A DNA stretch of 64,000 nucleotides, from the IMG/VR virus record IMGVR_UViG_3300002835_000041, positions 32,001 to 96,000 of that record; one strand, given 5' to 3'. Shown here one piece after another: positions 46,458 to 55,070 of this stretch. Within the stretch, counting starts at the first letter, position 1. Each line of letters starts with the position of its first letter. Below the pieces are notes generated by a model. That model had not been told where the DNA came from and did not search any database. It saw only the letters and a list, made by a program, of their open reading frames with translations. This DNA comes from a virus. Both the position numbers and the translations under genes were made by a program.

Positions 46458-47425
46458 TTATTTTATTTTATCTAAAATCTTTTCTAACTCTTTTAGTTGT
46501 TCTAAGTTTAGATGATCCAAATTAATTGCGTTAGAAAATCCAAATAAATCTTTTTCCATTTTAGTTTTCCTCAATTTCATCTAGTAGTTCCCAAAGGATT
46601 GGCTCTAACGCTTTTGCGCTTTCATCTAACTTTTCTTGTAGTGTTTTCATTGAGTTACCTCCTCAACCATAAACGGGTCAAACTTAGCAATTTCATTTTC
46701 GCTAAGTGGGTAGAGTGTTTTATTTAGAGCGAATACCGCTCTCATTTCATCTTCTGCCTCTACGACATAAGAAATTAGCACATTGTATTTAGTCATTAAT
46801 TTACTCCTTCTAAGAATAGTTCATACATTGGTGAACAGGTTAAACAGATTGGATACTCAAAACGAAAATCAAAGAAATCATCTTCCATATTTATTTGGCA
46901 ATTCTCGCAATAGGTTAAATCACTCATTATTTGACTCCCTTGTATAGAAAGTCCCAAGCCTTACGGCACATTAAAATTGACTCACAGTTATCGCAACAGA
47001 TAGAGCCGTGAGGGTTAAGGTTTATGTCGTAGACATCAACAAATGTATGTGTCTTTCCACATACGGAATCAAGGCGTAGCATAGTGCTCATTTATTTTCT
47101 CCTTCGAATAGTTCTTTACACTTATTAGGATTTTCCCAATAAGGTTGCCCTTCGTGATAAAGGGCGGGGGCTAATACAACCTGACCGCAAGGGCATAGGT
47201 TCATTAAGCCTTTAGGGTAATCGCTTACAGTAGCGAATTTAGTCCAAATACTCATTTAGTATTCTCCTTATCTATACAGTTGATACAGTAGCAAGCCTTG
47301 CTAGAGATTAAAAATCTTAGCAATTCTTTTCTAGTGTAAGCGTCTAAACCATAAGAGGATTTTACTCCGCCGTTATGGTATTCGTGAACTATTGTAGAAA
47401 ATAGTGTTTCATTTAGTGTAGTCAT
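46458..47425 (-). CDS. array of seven translationally coupled micro-ORFs (29-57 aa)
   Basis: 47252-47425, 47088-47255, 46927-47091, 46796-46927, 46647-46796, 46561-46650, 46458-46559; overlapping or adjacent stop/start codons. Confidence 0.6.
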
Positions 47426-47469
47426 TTTTGACCACCTTTCTTAGTGGATTTCTTTACCACTTAACTTTC

Positions 47470-47730
47470 TTTATACTATTAAGTATAGCAGGGGGGTCAG
47501 ACATTTTGAGGGGTATAAATGGGGTAAATCGGACATTGTGAGGTAGGTCACATATGATGTAGGTCACATTTTTTGGGGGAATTATAACAATTCCGTAACA
47601 ATGTTATTTTTATCGGCGTGTCGATTTGACAAGATCGGGACGTGCCAATGTGGTGTAAATCACATTAAAAATGTCCGATTTGTCCGTGTCTAAACTTGAC
47701 TTTTTGAGATTTCTATGCTATACTTCTAGT
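47470..47730. promoter_or_regulatory. divergent promoter region
   Basis: Rightward TTGACT-N17-TATACT near 47696-47724; leftward TATACT near 47489; inverted AAATCGGACATT pair at 47526 and 47670. Confidence 0.65.
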
Positions 47731-47882
47731 ATAAGAAAAATTAAATAAGGGTAGAAAAAGTAAATAGGCGAAATCCCTGCCAGTAGAAAATCCTAGTGAG
47801 CCTTATCAAATAAGATAAGCAAATAACCTAGGTCAAGGAAAAAGGTTAGAAAGTCTAACCGAATAAAAGAAAGGAAGTCAAA

Positions 47883-48116
47883 ATGACTTCACTAAATAAC
47901 TACTACTCAGAGATTCGCTCTGATATTGCAAAAGACTTCGGTCTATCATCTGCGGGTTATGCCCCTACATCTAAGCGTATGCCAGTGCGTATCGCTCAGC
48001 GTATCACTAACGCTTACCCTAGTGATTTCTCACAAGGTAGATTTAACTCTACCCTAAATCCTCAAGCGGTTAGAATTGCTAAGCGCTATATGTCTAGAGT
48101 TATGGGAGTTAAATAA
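47883..48116 (+). CDS. hypothetical basic protein
   Basis: SD AAGGAAG; first rightward gene. Confidence 0.6.
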   Translation: MTSLNNYYSEIRSDIAKDFGLSSAGYAPTSKRMPVRIAQRITNAYPSDFSQGRFNSTLNPQAVRIAKRYMSRVMGVK

Positions 48117-48238
48117 ATATGAATCCTTTTACATACGCAATTGATTGGCTAGATGAGAATGCTGATTACGCTCCAATAGGAGCATTCATTGGGGTAGTCA
48201 TAGCAATAGCGCTATGCTTTATATTTGGGGGTAACTAA

Positions 48239-48424
48239 ATGAAAGTAACATTAACAAGCACATCAGGTGCTACAAAAGAAATGCATTTTGATACTAAGGA
48301 TAGAGTATTAGAATTTATTGAGTTATACAAGGCTACACTACATCAGGGTCAGGCAGTGTGTATAGATGCTCCACTGATAGGCATCCATAGTGGCTGGATA
48401 CAGGGTAGCGCACCCAAAATGTAG
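48239..48424 (+). CDS. hypothetical protein
   Basis: Paralogue of 45973..46158. Confidence 0.6.
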   Translation: MKVTLTSTSGATKEMHFDTKDRVLEFIELYKATLHQGQAVCIDAPLIGIHSGWIQGSAPKM

Positions 48425-48572
48425 TGCAAGATCGATAGTGTGTCTATTATGGGCTCACTATTTTTTTGTGTTTATTTTTTTTATAGTATGTATCATACAT
48501 CTGGACAAAATATTCAGATTTTAGGCTATTTGGTTTTTATAATTTTTCAGATCCGTGGTGTATACTAAAGTT

Positions 48573-49739
48573 ATGTTGCCTCCAGACGCTCCTGAACTAT
48601 TTATGCTTTTAAAGAAAGCAACAAAAGGAAACCCATCTGTCAGCATAAATTCAGAAAGCATATTTTTTGCATTTACCAATAAGGCAGTGGAAGATGTTGC
48701 TCTAAACAAATACAACAGTTTTGAAAAAAGCGGTAGACTAAAAGCATTAGACTATGTCCTGGGTGAAGGTCTTATAACCAGTGAAGAACCTAAGCATATG
48801 CACAACAAGAAAGAAATATCTCCAACATTCCACAACGATCATATGGTCGAATATGAAAATAGAATATCTACAATCATAGACTCTTTACTTTCTAACTGGT
48901 CTGACGAAGTAGATGTTAGAAGGGAAATGGGGTTTTTCGTTTTCAAAAGTATCCTAGAAATATTTTTTTCAGAAAGCATGGACGAGTATTTCACGGAAGC
49001 AAGAGAAAACGTATCTACAGCATCATATAAAATTGCTAACAGTGTGTACGATGACGAACTGCTTAAGTCAAGAGATGAGTTAAGAGAGTTTTCTAAAAAA
49101 ATAGTAGACAAAAGATTAGAGTCTAAAGAAATAAAAAATGATTTTTTAGATATCATCATCAATTCGTACAATAATAAAAAAATAGATCTTGACGATCTGT
49201 ACGACGAAGCAATAACTATGCTATTGGTTGGATATGAAACAACTGCATTTGCATTGGAGTGGGCAGTCTACTATTTGTCGATAAATAAAAATTGGCAAGA
49301 AAAAATTTCTAGAGAAGAAAATGTTGATGCTTTTATTAATGAGGTTTTGAGAATGTCTCCTCCTATTTGGAATGAATCCAGGGTAGCGATGGAAGATGTA
49401 GAAATAGACGGAGTAATCATACCTACTGGCACACATGTAATGCTAAGTTCTTTGGCCGTACATAGAAACAAAGATGTTTTTGAAGATCCAGACACCTTTA
49501 AACCAGAAAGATGGTTTGGTAATCTAGATTTGTCAAAAGGAGAATATTTTCCATTTTTGTTTGGCAAAAGACAGTGCATCGGCAAAGAGTTTGCTTTAAT
49601 GGAAATGAGAATAATGTTAACCAAAATTGCTAAAAAATTCACGGTAGATTTAGCAAGCAATCACACAGGACATACTGCAACAATATCCTATAGGCCTAAA
49701 GATCCTATTATCATACGTGTCAAAGCAATTGGTGTATAA
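48573..49739 (+). CDS. cytochrome P450
   Basis: I-helix LLVGYETTA, K-helix EVLR, FKPERW, heme motif FLFGKRQCIG; leaderless ATG. Confidence 0.92.
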   Translation: MLPPDAPELFMLLKKATKGNPSVSINSESIFFAFTNKAVEDVALNKYNSFEKSGRLKALDYVLGEGLITSEEPKHMHNKKEISPTFHNDHMVEYENRISTIIDSLLSNWSDEVDVRREMGFFVFKSILEIFFSESMDEYFTEARENVSTASYKIANSVYDDELLKSRDELREFSKKIVDKRLESKEIKNDFLDIIINSYNNKKIDLDDLYDEAITMLLVGYETTAFALEWAVYYLSINKNWQEKISREENVDAFINEVLRMSPPIWNESRVAMEDVEIDGVIIPTGTHVMLSSLAVHRNKDVFEDPDTFKPERWFGNLDLSKGEYFPFLFGKRQCIGKEFALMEMRIMLTKIAKKFTVDLASNHTGHTATISYRPKDPIIIRVKAIGV

Positions 49740-49747
49740 TAGATAGC

Positions 49748-49930
49748 ATGGGAATATTAGACAATTTTGAAAACGCTTTAAACGACAACTTTGAGTTTGA
49801 ATCAAAACCTATGGCCGAAACAGATGCTATGGGCAGAGAGATTTTTTGGGAAGACTTAGGTCGACCAGAAGATACAAACCTACTTGCTCAAAACGGTTGC
49901 TCTTGTTCTGGCTGTAGTTGTGGCAAATAA
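49748..49930 (+). CDS. hypothetical protein with Cys-rich tail
   Basis: GCSCSGCSCGK C-terminus; leaderless. Confidence 0.55.
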   Translation: MGILDNFENALNDNFEFESKPMAETDAMGREIFWEDLGRPEDTNLLAQNGCSCSGCSCGK

Positions 49931-49932
49931 TC

Positions 49933-50124
49933 TTAACTAAGAATGCCTCTATTAATAAAGGTTTGATAGATCAAACCAAACATATGCTCTAGCGCTGGAC
50001 GCTGTTGAATAAGGTTTCTTTCAATTTCTTCATCAGGCATTCCAGTTCCTGCTAGTAATTCAATATTATAAACATTTACTACATCGATCATAGTTTCAAT
50101 AACTTCTTCTCTTGTCATGCCCAT
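49933..50124 (-). CDS. hypothetical protein
   Basis: ORF track with SD. Confidence 0.55.
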   Translation of the reverse strand: MGMTREEVIETMIDVVNVYNIELLAGTGMPDEEIERNLIQQRPALEHMFGLIYQTFINRGILS

Positions 50125-50158
50125 TCCTTTTCTCTTGTATGTTATATTATAGCACTAA

Positions 50159-51127
50159 CTAAAGCCAAGGGCCAACTATATGATCGTGTTGGTCACTTAG
50201 TGAAATTTCAGATTCTTTTTGAAATTTTTCGTATAGTTCATATGAACCTATTCCGTAGACACCCAGAGATGTATCCCCAGATAATATTTTTGCAGCCCTA
50301 AAGTAGGAATCTTTATTCATATCTCCCCACTCGGAGTGATCTTGCCAATGAAGAACCCTTTTGTCGCTATCATAGTTTTCATTATAAGCATGCCACATAT
50401 AGTGAAACGATGGATTAATTAGTTTAACTCCCCTGGTGTAAAACCTCAAGGCCAGAGTTGGCTCTTCGCCAATAAAATACAGTTCTTTATCGTACGGTAT
50501 TTCTTTTATAATCTTTGACTCACAAAACAAAGAGTTAGCACATAAAAAATATGCTTCATATCCATATTTAAAATAATCGCACTCGTACCAAAATGGCTGA
50601 GGCATGGTGTCTTCATCTTTCCACCCCATAGCCCCTCTCATTGGCACTTTTTCAAAATCGTAGAACTCTTCTATTCCAGTTTCGTGATCTCTTCTAAATC
50701 CTTCTGGGTGCATAGTAAACGCAATCTCAGATTGCCAGTAATCTTTACAGGCGACATAGTTTTCTGTTACTACTTTATCCCAATCATCAATAAATCTAGA
50801 ATGGGAGTCTATCTGTAAAAAATAATCAGTATGTATATCCCTAGAGACAATCTCCCTAGCCCAGCATGCGCCTCTACTTTCAGAAAAATGGTATTTCACA
50901 TATCTGATTTGAGACTCTGGTATAAAAGACAAATCAGGATGTTCAGATTCATCGGCTTGAGAAACAATTGAAAAAAATAGTCTATCTCTATACTTTGCAT
51001 TATAGTATGCGCTAGTTACTGTATTTACAAGATCAGGATCTCTATAACTTGCAATTGAAATAAAAATTGTTTTTGATTTTGATGGAACAAAGCGACTAGC
51101 AATTAAAGGTACGTTAATCAATTCCAA
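50159..51127 (-). CDS. GlcNAc-transferase of Gnt1/GT60 (Skp1 hydroxyproline GlcNAc-T)-like family
   Basis: IFISIASYRD, SRGACWAR, YFLQIDSHSRF..WD, FIGEE, WH motifs. Confidence 0.8.
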   Translation of the reverse strand: MELINVPLIASRFVPSKSKTIFISIASYRDPDLVNTVTSAYYNAKYRDRLFFSIVSQADESEHPDLSFIPESQIRYVKYHFSESRGACWAREIVSRDIHTDYFLQIDSHSRFIDDWDKVVTENYVACKDYWQSEIAFTMHPEGFRRDHETGIEEFYDFEKVPMRGAMGWKDEDTMPQPFWYECDYFKYGYEAYFLCANSLFCESKIIKEIPYDKELYFIGEEPTLALRFYTRGVKLINPSFHYMWHAYNENYDSDKRVLHWQDHSEWGDMNKDSYFRAAKILSGDTSLGVYGIGSYELYEKFQKESEISLSDQHDHIVGPWL

Positions 51128-51888
51128 TCAACCACTTCGTCATAGGTAACGCTATACTCTCCTGTGAATATTTCTGCATAAGATATGATGTCTTTATTGT
51201 ACCTTGTAAGGGTGTTTTTACCGACTTTGTCACATAGATACTTTGTACCATTAGTTAGTACCTCAAAAGCCATCTCTTGCCCTTGTAAGGCGTTATTGAG
51301 GGTATCTATGTACCTTGCCTTACCATAACGCTTTGATGTAAAAGATTGATCAACATAATCAAACCTTGCTTGTGCATCATTTCTTTTTGCAATGTCCGAA
51401 TTGTCTATTATGTACTTTGTTGCAGGATGTTCCATCCGTGTTGACCAGTTTCGCATGTTATCGCTGTATCTCTCCATGTTCTTGAGAGTTGAATCAGCGA
51501 AAGCCATGCGTATAAGGTCTTGTTCGGATAGGTCAGCCTCTATTGCGAACGAAATCAAAAAAGCGGTTGCGAAAGGAAACTTGTCGCTATATGTCGAAAC
51601 GCCGAAGTGAACATTCGGATTAAATGACTCGACTGACATATTGTCTTCTAATAGTCGCATATGATTTCCGAGAGATACATACTCTTGTCGATTCATATCG
51701 CAGTCGACGAACAAGCATTCTTCTGGATTGATCCCGTCGGCGAGACATAAAATATTTTTGTCGTACGAACCCACTATTTTCGAACCGTTAAAACGCTCTA
51801 GTAATTTTGCGGACATAAAACCATCCATGTCGGGGGATATAATTAAATTCCTAGAATACTCCAGTGTATCCAGTATGTCTGTTTTCAT
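51118..51888 (-). CDS. DHH-like phosphoesterase
   Basis: SPDMDG, FVDCD, LGNH, KFPFAT. Confidence 0.5.
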   Translation of the reverse strand: MKTDILDTLEYSRNLIISPDMDGFMSAKLLERFNGSKIVGSYDKNILCLADGINPEECLFVDCDMNRQEYVSLGNHMRLLEDNMSVESFNPNVHFGVSTYSDKFPFATAFLISFAIEADLSEQDLIRMAFADSTLKNMERYSDNMRNWSTRMEHPATKYIIDNSDIAKRNDAQARFDYVDQSFTSKRYGKARYIDTLNNALQGQEMAFEVLTNGTKYLCDKVGKNTLTRYNKDIISYAEIFTGEYSVTYDEVVDWN

Positions 51889-51920
51889 TTTTTAAATATA
51901 CCCCTTATAATAATTTTATT

Positions 51921-52172
51921 ATGACAGTACAAGACTGGGCTTCTCTTATAGTAGCCATACTTACAATTGTATCATCAATCGCCTTCGCAATCAAGTGGAT
52001 GGTAAAACATTATCTCAGCGAACTTAAGCCCAATTCTGGATCATCGATAAAAGATCAAGTTTCAAGATTAGAGAATCGTCTAAACGAAGCAGACAAAACA
52101 CGTAAAGATATGGATCGCAAATTAGATCACATGTATGATATTCTTATTGAGTATATTGCAAAATCTAAGTAA
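51921..52172 (+). CDS. membrane protein with coiled coil (holin-like)
   Basis: One TM then heptad repeats. Confidence 0.55.
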   Translation: MTVQDWASLIVAILTIVSSIAFAIKWMVKHYLSELKPNSGSSIKDQVSRLENRLNEADKTRKDMDRKLDHMYDILIEYIAKSK

Positions 52173-52445
52173 CTATATATACTATATATAAGATATCTTT
52201 TAAAACTATAAAGATAGTTCTTTTTTCTTATATATTTAAAGTATACACTATCCCTAATCTGGCTAAAATAGACTTATGGTAACAAATCGGACATTGTCTA
52301 TTATAACAATTGTATAACAATTATAAAACCTTTACTTTAATGTCCATTTTGTCTATTATGGTATAATTTATTACTGGCTAATACCTTGGTTTGTCCTATA
52401 CCCACCAATCAAGGTATTAGTCTTTTTTATGGTATAATCATTATT

Positions 52446-52826
52446 ATGGCTACACATGGACCAGAAGTATTTGGAGCAGACCCTGCTCGTATAAAATGGC
52501 AAATAGTTAGGGGAGACACCTCTCCGCTTCGTGTGGAATTTTTGCAAGATGATGAAGCAACATATTTTGATACATCTGATTGGACCTTTGAGGCTACTTC
52601 TTATGATCCTCAGTCTGATGCTCTTGATTCCCTGGAAGTTTCACGTGGAACAGGATATGTAGATATAATGGCTCCATCTTCAGTTACAGCACTATGGGGA
52701 ACTGGCTACAAAGCAATAGTAACAGAATTAACTTTTGATCTACAAGTTACAATTGACTCAGATACAGTTTGGACTCCTTTGATTGGAACTATTTCAGTCA
52801 TTGGTGATGTTACAGGTAGTTTGTAA
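52446..52826 (+). CDS. putative virion structural protein
   Basis: WQIVRGDT motif shared with 63401 and 53670; leaderless. Confidence 0.55.
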   Translation: MATHGPEVFGADPARIKWQIVRGDTSPLRVEFLQDDEATYFDTSDWTFEATSYDPQSDALDSLEVSRGTGYVDIMAPSSVTALWGTGYKAIVTELTFDLQVTIDSDTVWTPLIGTISVIGDVTGSL

Positions 52827-52930
52827 TGGCAGTAGTTAAAGTTTCAACTCCAAGGCCAGAGTTGCCTCCAGTAATTAGAATTAAAAATAAAACATTTAAA
52901 GTAAATAAATAATCATGAGATAATGTCTTT

Positions 52931-53662
52931 ATGGCTGCTTCTAAATCAATGGACTTTCCTAGTGCAAAAAAATCTAGTTATGCTGCACAAGTAGAACAAA
53001 GCCAAACATCTAACTATCAAGAAAATACATTGTCTTTTCTTCCAGTTCCTGGACCACAAGGACCGCAAGGACCAGCAGGTAAAGATGGAAAAGATGGCTT
53101 GCCTGGCCCAGCAGGTCCAGAAGGACAAAGGGGACCAAAAGGAGAAAAAGGACAATCTGGACAAAACGGACTAAGTTCTTTATCGTCTTCAGGACAGCAG
53201 GCTGGTTGGGCATCTTACACAAACAGCATTAATAAACCAATAAAACTTGGAATATCCCAGGGTGACGATGGATGGGTTACATTGTTGCTAGATACAAAAG
53301 ATAAAACTCAAAATGAAGTCTACATTCCAAAAGGATGTACTAGTCTTTGGAACAGTCATCAGAGAGCCCTAAACTTCCACGGCATCAAAGAAGGATCCCA
53401 AGTGTTCGTAACATATAACTTTGAACTAACCACATATACTTCTAATACTGAGGTTTGGCTAAGGACATATTTTGCAAGCAAGGGGCAAGAGTTTGTTAAC
53501 TTTGTTGGTTCCCTTAAATATCAAAACACATACAACCTTTCAGTTACTCAAAATATATTTATTGAGAATCAGTCTATGTGGGGCAATGGGGCAGTTCCTC
53601 AAATACGAACAGACTTTGATGCATCGGTAATACTCAATTCTGTATATGTCAGCGTGGTATAA
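52931..53662 (+). CDS. collagen-like virion protein
   Basis: About 14 Gly-X-Y repeats (GPQGPQGPAGKDGKDG...). Confidence 0.8.
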   Translation: MAASKSMDFPSAKKSSYAAQVEQSQTSNYQENTLSFLPVPGPQGPQGPAGKDGKDGLPGPAGPEGQRGPKGEKGQSGQNGLSSLSSSGQQAGWASYTNSINKPIKLGISQGDDGWVTLLLDTKDKTQNEVYIPKGCTSLWNSHQRALNFHGIKEGSQVFVTYNFELTTYTSNTEVWLRTYFASKGQEFVNFVGSLKYQNTYNLSVTQNIFIENQSMWGNGAVPQIRTDFDASVILNSVYVSVV

Positions 53663-53669
53663 TAAAACC

Positions 53670-54452
53670 ATGGCATTTCCAGCGACCTATGACTTTAATT
53701 ACTATAAGGGTGATACCTTTGAGTTTCGTATCTACCCAAAAAAGAACGATGGAACAGCACACCTTTTAAGTGCTTTTAATGTGCCAACAAACTTTGCCAA
53801 CAACCCAGACTATGTTTTAGACACATCAGCGCCATACGATAGCGCACAGTTTTCAATTGCCTCAGCCCGTGGTGCAACTCAAATTATAAATGGAGTTTCT
53901 ACACCAGTAGTTCCAATTAGATGCTTTGCTAGAATATCCGACGACGGAACATTTGTTCAGTGTGCAATTAGACCATCCGACTCAGTTGCCCTAAACGCTG
54001 GAACAGAATATGTTTATGATGTTGAAGTAAGAGCAGCAGAAGGAAATTACGACAATCCATTTTATGAAAAAGTATACACTCTAATGACAGGTAAAATAAC
54101 AGTAACAGATCAGATTACTGGAGCAAGAGAAAATACTAGTGCCACTTTGTCAAACTATAATATTAGAGGAGTTACTAAGCCAGTTAAGGGAGCAACCCCA
54201 GTAACATCTGTTTTTGAAACAGCAGAACATTCAGGAACTGTTGCTTGGTTTGAGTCAGATGCAACTACACCACTGGTTGGAAACTTTGTTGCTTCCACTT
54301 CTTATGTTGCAAAGATTACGCTAACTGTAAAACCTCCATACTATATTACTGGAACCCCAGCAAACAGATTTACAGTAGAGCATGCAACAGTTGTTACAAA
54401 CGCAATTAACTCAGGAATAGTTACTGCAGTATTCCCTGCAACAGGGGCTTAG
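53670..54452 (+). CDS. putative tail/baseplate protein with C-terminal Ig-like domain
   Basis: YYKGDT N-motif, YVYDVEV..LMTGKITV. Confidence 0.55.
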   Translation: MAFPATYDFNYYKGDTFEFRIYPKKNDGTAHLLSAFNVPTNFANNPDYVLDTSAPYDSAQFSIASARGATQIINGVSTPVVPIRCFARISDDGTFVQCAIRPSDSVALNAGTEYVYDVEVRAAEGNYDNPFYEKVYTLMTGKITVTDQITGARENTSATLSNYNIRGVTKPVKGATPVTSVFETAEHSGTVAWFESDATTPLVGNFVASTSYVAKITLTVKPPYYITGTPANRFTVEHATVVTNAINSGIVTAVFPATGA

Positions 54453-54454
54453 TC

Positions 54455-55051
54455 GTGGCAGATATACTTTTATCTAATGATGACCTAACAGTTTTTGGTG
54501 GACCAGAAACAATTAGCCTTGATTTAGATTTTGGACCAACTGGTGATCGTGGAAGTATCATTATTGGAGTCCAGGGAGATCCAAGGCAAAAGTTTGTTAA
54601 TGATTCAATTTCTCAAGACATCCAGGCATTAGATATTGCAATAGACTATAGCCCATCTTCTCCAACATACAAAACAGTATTTCAAAGAATCTCAGGTCCT
54701 ACTGAAACACAATGGATTCCTCTAGTTAGTTTAAAGTCAAACTTTTATTCAGAAACCAAAGGGCCCTTAACACCAGTAGGTGGCAAAATAACTATTGCAC
54801 CCATAAACCTTGCAGACATTTATGATCTATCAGAAGGAACAGTCACTTCTTCAAGATTTAGCGTACAGTACTCTATATCTTCACCAGAAAGTGCTGGACC
54901 TCTAGCAACAAACCTAATTATAAAAGAACTAAACACTACTCAAGGATTTATCGCTTTGCCACTTGAAATAGAAGGAATAGAATATCTAGATGGAGAATGG
55001 GTACCTATGGCTGGCCCAAAGTATGTTCATCTTTTTATTACGGTGGTATAA
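54455..55051 (+). CDS. putative virion protein
   Basis: Position in structural block. Confidence 0.5.
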   Translation: MADILLSNDDLTVFGGPETISLDLDFGPTGDRGSIIIGVQGDPRQKFVNDSISQDIQALDIAIDYSPSSPTYKTVFQRISGPTETQWIPLVSLKSNFYSETKGPLTPVGGKITIAPINLADIYDLSEGTVTSSRFSVQYSISSPESAGPLATNLIIKELNTTQGFIALPLEIEGIEYLDGEWVPMAGPKYVHLFITVV

Positions 55052-55070
55052 TGAAAAAGGGTGATCTATA

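Larger units (their letters stand above)
34726..47425 (-). other. early-type region of co-oriented small ORFs in several transcription units
   Basis: Dozens of short coupled minus-strand ORFs, units preceded by TTGTCR/TTGACA-N17-TATAAT-like promoters. Confidence 0.8.
43518..47664. promoter_or_regulatory. CRP/GlxR-type TGTGA-N6-TCACA palindromes
   Basis: Perfect at 43518, 45182, 46242, 46362, 47537; one mismatch at 47553, 47649 (and 39919). Confidence 0.7.
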
